The notes below the pieces were generated by a model. It did not search any database. It saw only the letters and a program-made list of their open reading frames with translations, and was not told where the DNA came from. DNA of 64,000 bases from Trichinella spiralis (lineage: Eukaryota): positions 3,250,178 through 3,314,177 of the forward strand of contig NW_003526941.1 in the NCBI RefSeq assembly GCF_000181795.1, read 5' to 3'. The translations under genes were made by a program, and so were the position numbers. This document shows, piece by piece, positions 37,801-55,800 of the stretch (its first letter is position 1; every line of letters begins with the position of its first letter).

Positions 37801-40800
37801 TTAACTTTCAAAATGGAAAAAAAATTGTAATGTCAGACAACAAAACGATCGACCTTATGCGACATTTTTTTTTCAAAAGAAAGCAACACTAATGTGATGC
37901 GTTTCAATGAAAATTATTTTATCATTCGTAGATGTGAAAATGGAAAAAATGGTTTGTCTTTCACGAATGGATTGTCAAAGTTGCAGCCCTTTTGTGAATG
38001 TAATTTTTCCACTTGGTTGCTTCGTTGTGTTTCAACAAGTGACAACAGCACAATTGATTCAAAAAGCATGCTAATTTGTCTTGCTTTCGAGACAACGAAA
38101 TGAAAATACAAAAATAATTCACCATTACAACAACTATTCACTGCTAGGAAATTTAAATAATTTTCATCGTATTTTCTAATTCATTGCGTTTGACTTGTTC
38201 AAATGATTTCATTTTTTTAAATTATAAAGCATTGAATAACGTCATGAAAACCACTCGTGTTCACTTGAAATAGAATAATAACAAAAGTCAGTATTAGTTG
38301 AAGCTATTTTCTGCTTGCTTCGAAGATTCCGTTCAATTGTCATGTCTGTTTGCTGTTCATGCTGGATGAAGGAAGCAGCGGAAAAAGATTTGTTTTCAAT
38401 CGTGGTATTCGGTTCAAAAAAAATAAAACATCATTAGCAGCAGCAGCAGCAGCAGCAGAAACAATTTGATACTACGTTAGCAGTGTTGCCTTATAGCCTA
38501 GGCGAACTGAAAAACTGGTGGTCTGGTCACTATTTATCAATATTCCATTCGAAACTGATAAATTGAACGTGAAAAGTATCACTTGCCTATTAGGAGAAAA
38601 ATTTCAATTCAACAAATAAACAAAACTACAAAACTAAAGATAATCAAGTATAATTAAAAATGAGTGATAAACAATTTTGTATTATTCGATGACTTTTGCA
38701 ATTTGAATTGAAAATTTTCAAATAATATTCATAAATTGTAAATTTTTTGAAACAAAAATGTCAACAGTTCAGTACAGTAATAAAATTTTGCATTTGATGA
38801 TGATTGCTTGAAAAATTAATGAACGACGACTTCAGTTGATTAATTGCTCGTCGTAAAGAGTAACGGTGAGACGGTTCGCGAGCGTCGCATTTTACGTCAG
38901 AAAAAATCGAAACGTTGATTTTTGAAATGAAATTCTCATTTCAAAGTCTGCAAATTGACGAAAAGCTGTTAAACAGAAGCAACAGAAACCGGACAGTGAC
39001 GAAATGGAAGCCTACATTGATTTGAAGTAGCGTAAACAGATGACGTAAAATTTCTGTTTGCAAATTTCACCAATGTTTGCGCTGTGAACCAGCAGGTTGT
39101 AGTTGAACCCCTGCTTATTCGAAATTTTCGAAACAGTATGTATCATTATCTCGTTCACATCTTCTATTATTATTATTATTATTATATATAGCTAGCACAT
39201 CGCATTTGAATAACCGAATGAAATATTTTAAAAATTTTCAATTAAAAAATACACTTCTGTATTGTGCTGTGTTCAAGTTTAAATTTTGTTTCATTGTTGA
39301 CATAAAAATTTAGAAGAAAGAAGCATGAAAAATTAAATACCATGAATGCGACAAAAATAACCATTACAAAAATTAAAAGTATAATATGATAATTTTTAAC
39401 AAATGGTAGAAAAGTGAATTCCAATTCACTATTCAACAATTTATTAAAACTTCATTCAACTTTTCAAAATATGAATAATGAAGCTAATAAATAAATTGTT
39501 CACAGGTGAATGCCGAACAAGCCGTACGCGCTGCGTGCAATTAATGCACGTCAATTATGCGTGTAGATAATTTTCCATTTCAGAAATATTTCACTCAATC
39601 AATCAAATAAAATCAAACCATTCCCATTTACAATTTTGCATATGTTTTCTTTGCAAATGTTTACCAGATTTTTATTCTTATTTTTCCTTTACAAAAGATA
39701 ACAAAGAAACAGGTTTATTATCGTGAAAGCTTACTGTAAAAGTGAAGTCGATTTTAAATGAATAATAAAAACTGAAATCTGAAAAAGCAAAATTCCATGC
39801 ACATTGAAATTCTATTTCTAGCAATAGCATTGATTCTCTACCTGAAGACTATGTTTAATTATGAAAAGAGCTTATCAATAATTATGCTATTAGTATTAGT
39901 AGTAGGTTATTTCTTGAATACAAATACAACAACAAAGATAATTTGCATTGAAATGAAACTGTTGAAAGAGAATTGGACAACAATGTCCAATGCACACAAT
40001 AAATAAAAATTCACATTCAAAAATCAATTTCTGTGCTTGATAAAAAAGAAGCAGAAATGACAACAATAAAAGATGCCTTTGTTCATGCATACAACAACTT
40101 TCAATTTTAATAAATGAATATTCTGACAATGTGCAACAAAGAAAAAAAACAAACTATTTCCCACACACTAATCCACTTAATAATAATAATAATAATAATA
40201 ATAATGACAACAATACTTTGACTTAATTAGTTTTGTTGAAAATTTACTTCAATTCATTTAACTGTAAATTAAATTTCTACTCACTGAATTTTTACGTACA
40301 AAGTGGCTGTTTATTGAGTGCAAAAGATACTTTCCATTATTGTTTTTTCTAAATTTAATTCATCAAAATAACTATACTGTAAGAACATGAATTGCATATC
40401 ATGCATATATACATGTACAAGGCATACTTATAACTTAAAAGATAAATAATTTAAAATGACAACCATCTCAGATGTAAACATTCGATTGTATGTTATTAAT
40501 GTAAAATGAGAATACAAAGCAATTACATGTAGCAGCTATATACATAGTATATAATCAAAGTTAGCATTTTGTCCATTTACATGCAGCTCATTAAACTTCC
40601 GAATCAATTAATCATAATTCAGCGCTTAATTAACTTCATCATTGAAGCTTCTTTGTTTAACAAACTATAATACACCTTGCTTTATGGTAATCATCAAAAC
40701 AATTACGGCTATAATATTGAATTTCTTTAAATTTTATCTAAAATCAAATACTTTTCGTATTATCAAATCAGAAATGGCAAATTTATTTCAGTACTAATCG

Positions 40801-41925
40801 GTTAAATAATAAAAATAAGCCGTTTTCTTACTTGTTCACTTGATTTGAAATATTTGCATTGAATGAGCGAACAAATGAAGCAACTATGTGTGCATTGCCA
40901 ACTGAGAATGAGGAAAATGAATTTTCGCTTGTCGATTTATCTAGCAAAGTCAGTTTTGAAGAAAATTTGCAAGCATTGCAAGCAAAGCGTGATCGTTGTC
41001 CCGGTAACATTGAAAGACATTTACAAATTTACTAGACAACTTGTCAACCATATTTTCCAACAATTCTTGAAAAGCAACTGACCATTCCTTAAAACCAATT
41101 ATTGGCAGCAGTTTAATTATTATGCTTCTTAGGAGCAACGATTTCATCACTTTTTCTTTTTAAATAAATTGTTATCAAATGTTTCCAAAAATTAACCAAC
41201 TTATTGTATAACTTTTCAATCAAATTAATTTTCCATTTAAAAATGATTTTTTCATTTAATAACACCTTCTACTACTACAAGCATTACTATACAGTAAGAA
41301 AAGATTATAAAGTGATCAATATCAGATATAGTAGAAGTGTATCATATTCTTCAAATTTCTATCATATACAATAAGTATAAAGCATTTTGCTACAAACAAT
41401 AACTATAAAGAATATTAGTTTAACTTAAAAAAATTTTTTTTCATCATTTTCCAAAAACTTTAATTAATAAAATAATTTTTTTCATATCCATTATATCTAT
41501 GTGAACGATTTTTTAAATTACAAAACTGATAAAAAATAACCGACAGGCAGGATTTGTTTGATCAATTATCAGATTACCTCAAATACATATTATTGAAAGA
41601 CATTCATTAAAGCATTCTGAGCATTTTCATTTATAATAGCATTTACTGCATAGCTAATTAAAGGATGATCTGCATTCACTACCTGATATGATCTTTCTTA
41701 TTATTTGTATCGTGATTCCATCCTGCTTTCTTCATCTTATTTTCACATTAAATTTATTATTATAAATTTGATAAAATAAAAAAATTTTTTTCATAATTTT
41801 CAAAACAATAAATAAATAAATAAATAAATATGTATATACATACATACATACATACATACATATAATAAATATTAAAAATTAAAACTAAGTTCTATAATAT
41901 GAACAGCAACAACACAACAACAACC

Positions 41926-41966
<41 letters not shown>

Positions 41967-42168
41967 CGCATTCATATGCAAATGAATTATAAATAATAAT
42001 AATTGTTATAAAATACAAATTTTCGAGCAATTCAATTCTCAGAAGAATAAATAAATAAATAAAAATAATTTTGTAAAAGTTACTTTTAACATATTCCGCA
42101 GTTTGACCACATGCATAACATTAAGCATTGACTACATCTCGGACGTGAGGATATTAATCACCATCAAA

Positions 42169-44590
<2,422 letters not shown>

Positions 44591-46674
44591 TAATAAATAC
44601 AACAAATCCTAGCAGAAAAAATAAAAAATAAAACAATAATTTCAAATGTTATCAACATATTTTTTGAAACCCTGCTACTCGAAGATTGTAAAAGAAAATT
44701 TTTTCAAATGAAACAAATCAACAACACTACTCGATCAAAGATTCACTGAAACAACACACATATGCAAATTTTTTTACATCAAATACGAATAGCTCAACTT
44801 AAACACATCACTCCAATATATATACATATATATAAATATGCATATTTTTTTTACAAAAATTCCAACTCAACAAATTCAAAGCATCGTGAAGCTTCAGTAG
44901 CGGGATTGAATAATAAATATTTCGCGAAAAAAGAAATAATCAGAAACACCGCAAAATGAATTTGGCCTTTAAAAACCGGTTTTTGCAAAACTGAAGTTCA
45001 CAATATTCAGGTCAAAAAGTCGTTTCGGCAGTCGTCAATGAACAATTTTTAAGAATCCTCATAGAAATTTCAAAATGGTCGAAAGATAAAATAAAAAGCA
45101 TATCATCTATCACCAGCGGATGTTCATTCAAATTATCTTTACTCATTCATTTGTTGTTGTTTTCGAACTTCCAAACATTCATTCAATTAATTTCAAAATG
45201 AAATCAAAATTACATCTTATTTTTCACTTAACAATTAACATACTGTAGAAGATGAAAAAACTATCAACAAAGTTGAAAATTAATTCAATACACCCATATG
45301 AAGCAACAACAACAATAATAATAATAAATGACCAACTAAACAAAGTTAACACAAAGTTTTCCATCCCATTTTATCAACACTTCTCGGCATCACTTTATCA
45401 ACCACATTTGGCTTCAACAATAAAAAAAATAACTTTTACATAAAACAACAAATTTAATATTTTCATCATAAAAAATATTCATAAATTTCAAATTAAAAAA
45501 ACAACAGAATTATATTTAAATTTTTGCCTACTTGAAATATTATTAAAATCATCTATAAACAAAATTCTACTTACTGTATTTTTTAAAACATGGAACAAAA
45601 TGATTACGCAACAATTTTAGCAAAAAAAATCAGAACGTTGCTTTTCATCACCGCATCGCAGGTCTTTAAATAGTATTACACTAATAAATAAATGTGTTCA
45701 CATGCGCAGCACATGCAATTATGTCAAATTACATGAAATTACATTAATTTTCAATTATAATCTTATTTCATAATTTAAACAAAAAACAAAAATAAATAAA
45801 CACAAACAGACATCAAATTTAAACTTTTTTTGAACTTATGCAAAAAATTTAAGACCAATGAATATGGTTGATTATAATTCTTACAAACATGAATGGGAAA
45901 AAATAGACCATATATATTCTCTTTCGTGGATGTACCGTTCGTTCACCTTCTTATTCATAGCTGCACATGTTTAAAATATGATTCACTTCAAATTTCGTCT
46001 GCATGCATGGAATCTGTGAAAACGTGTTTAATAGTGAATATTTATTTCCACAAACGTGACAAAACAAATTTTATCAAGACAGCAGGTTGCACAGCTGTCA
46101 TGTGAGAGAAGTGGTGCAACGATGCTCTCTCACTTTCTCTCTCTCTGATCACCAGAATCTTAATCAATTGTAAATGTACGTCACAGAGTCGCCATGAATT
46201 GAAGTGCAAATGATCATCACTGCACACCTTGCCCACAGCGACGATGATATAAATGCATTTTTTGAAGCACATTCAAAGGTAGAGTAAATCAAATTTTAAT
46301 AATAAACAACATTGAATTAAAATTGAAAACACACTTAATGCATCAATTTTTAATGATTCAATGCAAAACAAAAAGGAAAGAATATCATCGAAAACAACTA
46401 CTTCAAATTAAAAAAATAAGTTAAACTCCATTTGTCATACTGTAAACTTTTTTTCTCTCACACAACTTAATTCCCCTGCAAAAAATGTCAATGAAAAGAA
46501 TGATAAAATATTTAATCTATTTCAGTGAAAAGCACAACATGTTTTTCATTAAATAGATGCAGCATTACGTACGTAAATTAAAAACAGAAAATAAATACAC
46601 AAAATATAAATATTAAAAGCAGCTTAACCGGACTTCAGTTTTAAATAATTTTTAGTAGCAGTATAAAATTCAAA

Positions 46675-46711
46675 AGAAGAAGAAGAAGAAGAAGAAGAAG
46701 AAGAAGAAGAA
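46675..46711. repeat. (GAA)n microsatellite
   Basis: A directly visible run of AGAAGAAGA... Confidence 0.9.
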
Positions 46712-48253
46712 AAAGAAAGATTCGTCTAAAGTTGATGTCAAACGTAAAAATGCTAAACTGAGCTTTTGTTTTTCCGTGACATATCACTAATAACAGTTTC
46801 GCCTTTTTCATGTACTAAATTATGAAACAAAGCTAACTAGAAAAATATGCCTATTTTATTTAATATAAACTACTTCCGTTTTATTTTCCAATACAAATGC
46901 CACTCTCTAATTACATTTCTCAATAATATACGTGTAAATTTCTGAACAAAAAAACATTATCAGCGGAACTCAGAAGCAATTAAATGGAATCTCAGGTAGC
47001 AAAAAAGTCAACTTACAAATTGCAGAATAATCACTTTGAAGAAAGAGCAATTTCTGAAGGTAAAAAGAAAAACGTTTTTTGAATGTGTGTAGATGAAATT
47101 TCATTTATTCATAACAGAACCATTCGCCAAGTTATTTTCAATCCGTCTGACAGTTTAAACAGCTAAAAATTCAACGTAAACATAAAATACTGTATTTTTT
47201 ACAAAAATGCAGGGAAAAAGTAATAGAATGTTAAAAAACGCAATAACATCAAGCATTCACATAAATCTATCGTGAAGTAATTTGAAATATTAAAAAAGCA
47301 ATGATAAGCTTCGTATCTTAAAAAAAGTTGATGGTTTTTAAGTAAAAAATCAAATTTTTATTGCATTTTATCTCATCGGTGTTTCTTAAATTGACGTCAG
47401 AACATCAACTTGCATCACAAAGCTTTTCGGAAAAAGCTGATCACATCTAAAATCATTATTATCAGCCAAGTTATTATCATCTTCACTACTAGTTACAGAA
47501 AACTATCAATAATATTTTACGAAAAAAACTATATTTTAAGCTTTTCAAAAAAATATATAAACTTGATATCATATTAGTTTTTGTTCTTTTAATTTAAAAT
47601 TTTACATAAAAAATAACGCTCTATAAATAATTTATTAAAAATGGAATTGAACTTTCATTCTTGAATACTGTAGATAAATAAACAATTGACGTTATTACAA
47701 TTTAAGCATTGTATTCAAAAAATCAACATTCAATTAATTAATTTTTTTATATCAAAAATTTCATTAACATTTTCGAATTTTGAAGCTGTCATTTTGCTAC
47801 CGTACTTTTTTTACCTGCCATTTTTATACTGTCTTTCCGTTTTGCCTGTCGTTTCGATCGACGGTGAGGTGATATGTTTAATTATTGTATTACCATTTTT
47901 CTAATGCACTGATTTGATAATCTAGTTTTGTGTGATTATCACGTTTTTACTGAAAATTTTTTCAGTTATAGAAATTTGTTTTACCCTCAATTTAATAGGT
48001 AATTTGTTTGTTCTGCTTGTTTTCAAAAAACAGGGATACTGTTGTTTGTTGTTTTGTAATGTGTTTTTGTTAGTAAGAAATATTGTATATTAAAGTTTTT
48101 TGTTTAATTGAAATCGTATTATTGATTTTTTTTATCGAAAGAATTGCACTGTTAAATAGTTTTATAAAATTATATATTTATATGTAATTTGATTATTGTT
48201 AATTTGTTTTTTCCTATTTAAATAAAAACAAGCATGTTTTAATAGACGTGACT

Positions 48254-51200
48254 ATGGCAGAAGTTCTTCGAGAAGGATGGCTGACGAAATCTCCTCCCGA
48301 GTGGAAATTTTGGACATCGGTATGTTTGCTACCATTTATTACTTTATTTATTTCATATGATTAACTGATACTTATATAAAACGACACAATTGAAATCAAA
48401 ATTGACGCAACTGACTTTTTTTGCGATAAAGATGCAACACATTTTTACTGAAAGAGAGTTTGCAGCAAGTTTAGTTTTGTATGTTTTACTTAATTTACTT
48501 TTTGTACGCTTTCAAATGAGTGAAAAAGTTTTGTTACGGTTGCATTATGAAATGATAGAAATTTCCAAAAAAAGAAGTTTTATTGCAGAAGATTGCTTTA
48601 CATGATTGTTTTCTTTTGCAGTTTTTGTTAATGAACTAAAATTAACTTCATACAATAAGAAGACGATAATTTAATTATTTGAAATTCATTTTTTATAATA
48701 AATTATAATAGGTGATGTTTTTTCATTTATGTGTAGACTGATTAGTTTTTGATGAAAATTTGTTCATGAAAATATATGCTTGTAGCAGTAAATTTTGCTT
48801 GTTATATTTTTCGAAAGCAGCTTGTGTTTTTTATTTTATGTAAATGAATGTTTATTGTTAATTTTTGTTATAATATTTAAAAAATAATTCAGTTGTTGTT
48901 CTCTTCGTGTTCGTTAACATTTGCAAGGGTTGAAAATTAGCCTACTTTATGTAATTTGCGCATTAAAATTTACGTCAAGTTTGAAGTGATTGATGTAAAC
49001 CTGTTTTGGAATTGCACAAGTTGAAAATGAATAAGCAGTGTATTTGCAGTGTCAGATTATAATGTAAATTTTAATATTTTATGAATTTTTAATTTTTGTT
49101 TTCATTTCCTTTCAGTTTATTTATTGTTTTATATTTTTAGAAATGGAAGCCTCGATATTTTGTCTTGCAAGTTGGACAAACCGACGGTCAAACCCAGTTG
49201 AAGTATTATACAGATGAGGAAAAAACTCGATTACGAGGTTCAATTAATTTGGATCGTTGTGAACAAGTAAAACAAAATGAAATTATTATGTTCAAAATTT
49301 GGAAAAAAAGTGCTTTTTGTTTTTATGTTTTAAGGTCGATGCTTACTTGACTTATACGTATAAGAATCGTATTCGTTATCAATGGATATTTGATATTCGT
49401 ATTCCAAAGCGGGTATATTATTTGGTGGCGGGAAATGAAAATGAAATGAACGCCTGGGTGAACGATTTGTGCTGCGTGTGCAATTTGCAAAGAGAGCAAA
49501 ATCCAGAGCCTGGTATGGAATGTTGAATGATACTTTGATGCGGTTTGTTTTTTTATTTTTATTTTATTTCAATATTTTTTTAAGATATGGAAGATAATCA
49601 GTATCCGGATCATGAATTAATTTCACTTGGCACGTGCAGTGAATCTGTCAGGCAAGTAAACGGTGCCGAGGATTGGATTGGAAATAGCAATGATATTTCT
49701 AATTCAAATATTTCAAATGTTGGCAAACAAACGAACCAAATGGCATCGAATGGCACTTTTGGTCGGACGATAGCTGTTCAGGGTTATATTCCACTTACTG
49801 ATTGTATAAGCGGACCACCAAGACCAAAGCATTTGCAGAAAAATGCAGAACGAAAAGCTTTCTCTGAACTTCCGCCTACTCATCCACCACCGCCCTTGCC
49901 TTTTGTTTCATCTCCAAACAAATCGTAATTTCCATTTTAAAGCAAATTTAGAGTTAAATTTTTTTTCTTTTGTTAATGAGATTGCGGCAATTTGATAAGT
50001 ATAATCTTTTCCATGGTGATTATTTCTTAAAATATGGGATATTTTAATATTTAATATATGATTTGTAATATTTTGGTTTATTTTATTTTCATTTGCATTA
50101 ATTTTTCAGTCCATCAGCAGTGGCATCATGCGAAAAAGATGTGAAAAAGGAGGATTCGTCGTCAATTAACGCTTGTTCGCTGAGCAGTTTGACATTGTCT
50201 CCTTTGCGCAGTGGAGATGATGTTCGGGCACCTCCACCAAGACCACCAAAACGGTCAGCTTTGCAATCATCAGTCGGAAATATGTATGAAAATGAAGAAG
50301 CAACTGAAGAGACGAGTGATTTTTCATTTTACGATCGTCCACTACCCCCTTGCAGTTTGTTCAGCAGTTTGCCACGTGCTGGGAAAAATTATACCGGTGC
50401 TAGGGGTGGACGTGCGTCGTCGTTGCAAAATCAGTCCTTTGGCACGTTGCCAAGATCAGGCAAATTCCAAACGCAAACTTCGGCAGAGTTGAACAATGCA
50501 GCCAGTTGTACATTGTCCGATTTGTCCGTATCCAGTAGTAATTGTTCCTCCTTGAATATGTTGGGCTTGTCGCCGCCGACCTCAGCTTCTCTGGATTATT
50601 GCAACCTGCTACAGCAGCAGAGTGGAGGTGGGTTTGTGGTCGACCATCAGTTGGTGAACAACAACACCGCTTCATTATCTAGCGGGGCTGATAATGGCAG
50701 CAATTGGAATGAAAGCAAATATCCTCCGTCGGATTTGCCTCCTGAAGTTCGTCGCGAATTGAAGCCAACCAATCGACAAAAAAATGCCCATTTCAACGGT
50801 CGACCGTTGCAGACCATACCATTGTCGCTGGATGCTCAGCCACGTTTGCCTTACAGGCTAACTCGTACAAATGCAAATCGCGGTGCACGTTCTGCCATCA
50901 AAGCTGCTGATGATGGAGCATCGGCAATTGATCTCAGCCGTCAAGTCAGCTTTTCAAAAAAGTAACCAATCTAATATAGAATTGCATAACAAATAGTATA
51001 ATTTGTATTTCTTTTTACTTTTGTTCGGCTATTACATTACTATTATTATTTGATTTTCTATTTGCTTTTTAAACACATTGAAAAGCTGTATTAATTTCAA
51101 TGTTCATCAACTTCAGGCACCTTTCTGGTGCAGAGGCGGCTCAGCTTGTTGCCAAGACAAAATATGGAAGTGTCGTGAATGTGCCGGCTTTGAAGAATTG

Positions 51201-52806
51201 TAACATTCGAATGCCTGTTGTTGCCGAAAATACGGTAAGTTGGATTTTTGTTCATCATTTGAATTTAAAATGTTTTTCTCGTGTCTCAATTTGCATACTG
51301 AAGTTGCCAATTACAAAAGTAGCATGTAAAAGAGGTAGTATTAGAATTTCATTATGAATTCTTCACATGTTGGAATGTGGAATAATCTTTTCATTTGCAC
51401 AATGTGGAATGAAAAAGCATCAAATATTTATTGTTCAGGTTCATTAATTAGTTTAACTTTCTATTAAAGTTAAAAAAGAACATTTTGTTTTTGCAATCAG
51501 TGCATATGTGCATGGATCAGAAATGTTTTTTTCTTTAAATTGAATTTCTGAAGTGAAATTTAATCACTGTTCCACTTGCTAAACTGATATATATATATAT
51601 ATTAAATAGATTTGATGATGGGAATATTACAGATTTTTTCTCAAATTGTGTAACGCATTTTCTTAGACATTTTTTGATCCATATGCAGCACGAGTATTTA
51701 AAAATGCATCCTCTTATGGAAGGGTGGTTTCTTTTTTAATAGTCTCTGTTTTGTCAATGCTTCATAGGTCAATTTGGAGATTTGAATTGCAGAAGAATAA
51801 ATGGCTGAAATTAGAAAAAAAAGAAAATCGAAAATGATTTTCCATGGGGAACAGTAAAATTATACGTTTTCTCGTTTATCACGTGTCATCAATTGTTGAA
51901 ATAAATTGACTTGTAATTTATTTTGTTATGAAGAACATTTTTTTCAAATTTTTTTTATGGAGATTTTGAAATTTGTTCTGGTAATTTATTGTAATGGTAG
52001 CGTTGAGAAGTTTTATATTGCTGACGTTTTATTTAGACGAATTTTGCTTCAATTTGAATGATCATTATAGCAGTAGTGTTTTGGGAATTCATTTTTTGTG
52101 AAAATTGAAGGGATATTTTATTGATAATATTTAATTTTTAAATTAAAAGATAAAAAAGAGTTTACATTATATGAATGTAATGAAGAACAATCGTTTTTCA
52201 TGTTGTAATAAACTATGTATTTTGCTTCCAACATTAGGAATGTCAATTAAATTATTGCATGGGAATCAATGCAACTTATAAGCAGCATTTTTTCTTCTTC
52301 TTCTTCTTTTGTTGTTGTTGTTGTCAAATATTTATTACTTTTGAATATTGCAATGAAAAAATGATTTATTTAAATGAGTTTCATGTCTATTTTTTCAGAC
52401 TGCAGACGTCGTCGAATTGGAAGAACCATCGGGTTGTCGTCGTATGGAATATGTTGAAGTTGGTGGTGGTATGGGCGAAGCTGGAACGCCGAGTCCAACA
52501 TACAACAACCTTCCTTCACCATTTATTTTTGCTTCTTCTCTTCATTCATCCGCTTCAGGTGTTGTTGGTGTTGGTAGTGGTAGTAGTACTGGTGCTAGTG
52601 GTGGAGGAGGTGGTGGTGGTGGTGGTGGTGTTGGTGGTTCCAGTGTTCAGAATAGCTGTCCGTCCAAAACTTCTTATGTTTTGATCAGTCAGGAAAAGAC
52701 CCAAGGATTGTTAAAAACGAAAAGTGAACAGGATAACATGTACAAAACTGGTACATTGGAAAGGAACAAACTTGGCTCTGCAGTGTTGGCAATGTCGAAA
52801 AGATAA
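48254..52806 (+). CDS. GAB/DOS/SOC-1 family PH-domain docking protein; exons 48254-48319, 49141-49266, 49335-49512, 49585-49924, 50110-50961, 51117-51234, 52399-52806
   Basis: PH domain EGWLTKSPPEWKFWTSKWKPRYFVL..LKYYTDEEK..GSINLDRCEQVDA..VYYLVAGNENEMNAWVNDLC. Grb2-SH3-type motifs PPPRPPK and PPEVRRELKP. C-terminal tandem tyrosines MEYVEV and TSYVLISQEKTQGL (cf. GAB1 VDYVVVDQQKTLAL, SHP2 site). All splice phases are consistent. Confidence 0.92.
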
Positions 52807-55800
52807 TAATTCATATTTTTACATCTATTCTTGATTTTGGTTTGAATTTGGGAAACACGGTCGCTGTGCGTATCCGTTTTATTATCAACTCTTTTCCATT
52901 TCTTGTCTGCTGCTTATCTGCACACTTCGATATATATATACATATACAATTAGATATATCTTACTGTATTGTATGTATGTACGTATGTATGTAGCTTTTT
53001 TTATATTTTTTCTTTTTAAATATTACCTGAAAATGCGATGCAGTTTTCCCGGTCTATGGACAATGTTCAGTTGTTTTTTTAGTTTCTTTTTTAATTCTGA
53101 ATTTTTATAGTTAAGCAACTTGCGAACAGCGGTGGCGTGAACGTAAGATTTTGTTGTAATAATTAAAAGTACTGAACGGTAATAATATTTTTATTGTTTT
53201 CTTTTCATACTGATGCGTGTATTACTACTTTTAATATGCAATTGAAATTTAAGTTATTTTCTTCAATTTTTAATCGATGTCACTCAGTGAAATTGAACCG
53301 TAAACCGTCTAAATTAATTGATCTTCTTCAGTTGGTGGTTTTTTTTCTGTATTTTAAAAAGGGTAAGTTCTCTTTTGTTTTTATGGGATTTTTAAAATAT
53401 AAATCATAGGATGAATGATGCAAATTTTATTATTATTATTATTGTTGTTGTTCTTATTGTTTCAAAACAATGTAATTAATTTGATATTATGATTTTGAAA
53501 ATTAATTATTATGAAGCTTGAAAGCTAATAAACAACAACAAGCTTCAGTGAACAGATTCGATAATATGAGCATTGAAAGCTTTGGAAAGTAAATGAAACA
53601 ATCGTTGTTTATATTATTATTGTGTTTTGTGATATTAGTATTGGATGGATGGATTTCGATGAAATTTTGATGCAACGTTGTGTGTGTGTGTGTGATCAAT
53701 TTCCGTGAACAATGATAAAATGATGAATTGGTATTGCTGCAACAGTTTTGAATGGAAAAGGATGAGAAAATCATTTCGCATGGCTTTATTTATTATTCAA
53801 ATATGATTTTGAACGCACATCGGTTAGAAATTATTAACCACTTTTAGCTTTACGTTTACATTTAGCGCGTAATTGATATGCTATGGGTATTTCTTGGTAA
53901 GTTGATAATTATTTTAAATTTCACACATTGTTATTAACGTTAATTTGATTATTATTATCATACTATAAGTTTGTATCATTCGAGAAAGAATAATGTGTAA
54001 TTGAACAATTGAAATTTTTAGAGGTTTTATTTGGAAATTGAAAGAAGTGAGAAAAAAGATCAGTATAGCGAATTTGTGTTTAGTGACAAGGCAGTGATTA
54101 TACCTACCCGAGGGAACGGTTTTCTGACATGTTACCGATGTGAAAGCTGAAACTAATATCAGTGAAGAAGATCGATTTGTATAATGGATAGGTTTAAGCA
54201 CCGTATGCAAGCAATGAAATGCTCTGTTTCTTGTTCAATTTCAAGCTTTTAACTAGTGACAAGAATTGTTTGCTAATTTACACTGTGAAACGCTTTTCAG
54301 CTATTTTCGATCACTCCTATATTTGGCATCTTTTCTGCGTTTCACATTCTACTACAAATTTAGTTTTCAACAAAATTACCGGTAAGTTTTGATTTTTGTT
54401 TTATTCACAAATTACATTTGTTATAATTGTCATGGTATTATGTTATATGGGTGGATATTTTTGGATGAAAATTGTAATTAGTGTATGGAAATTTTTATTT
54501 AAGTAAGTTATTCACATATCAGTACAATGTAATCTTGAAAGAAATGAAATTTCGAAATGTAGAAAATGTTTAATAATAATAGTAATAATTTTACAAAACA
54601 GTAAAAATGGAATTTATGTGATTTTTATACGCTCGTACGCATCTCAGTATATTTATTCATTCATTCGATGTTATTTGTTGTATCTTTTTTAATTTTTAAG
54701 TCTAATACGCATGTGCACTTATCAATGCTTCAACTAAGTCTGTACGTGATTGATAATCAGTTGATTTCACATTGTTCGTATGTGATTTTTTTCTACACAA
54801 ATAGAGAAGACAAGAAAAGAAAAAACAATTCAGTAGCTGTTCAGATTTAGTTCTAGCATTTAGTTTAGATATATGATATACGATAGTGATTTAGTTTAGA
54901 TTTAGTTCAGTTCTATATGACCAGTATGCATTGCATTTTTTGTATACTTAATTGTTCATTTGAATGTACTTTACTTGGCTATAATGAAATTATTTTAATG
55001 ATTTCATTTTAAATGGACGAAGTTGTTAATAATTTAATTTTTACATTGCTGCATTATGTTAAAAATTCGTATTGTTAGTTGCAAAGGTTTGCCAAAACGC
55101 TTACAAATGAAGCACGTAATTACTCAGGAGAAGCATGGTTTGTAATTGTAATTCATAATCCTATTGCTATTCAAGTTTATTAACAGATGGAAGTTGAAAA
55201 CAGTACGCATGTACGCGCATGCATGCATGCATATTAATTAATTAATTTATTTATTTGTATTTAATAGAAAAAAGTCAGTTTTGGGAGAAATTTCAATGTA
55301 ATGATAAAATTAAAATCAAGTTTGTTCCAATTCTAGACCAGTGCCATTGAAGATGTAATTAAAAAATCAATTATAACAGTGGAGGTAATGAAAAAAAGGA
55401 AAAATGAAAATAATAATGCATGCAAGCAATTTATCGAACTAACAAATTATAGATTGAACTTTCTAAAATGTGCGCAACATATAAATTATGAATTATGTTG
55501 TAAGCTTCATTTACAAGATTGTGAACCTTCAGCTTTGCACAAGTGACGCAGTTTTGAGATTGGGAAGCAGTTTTGTTCGTTCCTTTTATTTATTTATGGT
55601 AATTCATTTGATCGCTACACTTTTGTTCACGTTATCATTGCTCCAGCTTTTCAAAATTGTGCTCAAACAAATGTCAGAAATGCATGCAAACAATTCATTT
55701 TTCACCTATTATTGCACATAGAATCTTTAAATATTTCAAAGTTTTAAAGCATTTTTCAAAAATTTGAAATTTACCATCTTAAGAACTTACACTGTATGCG

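Noticed and set aside
46929..46934. TACGTG hypoxia-response element upstream of egl-9
   Set aside because: A single hexamer in 3.6 kb is expected by chance; there is no clustering or conservation evidence.
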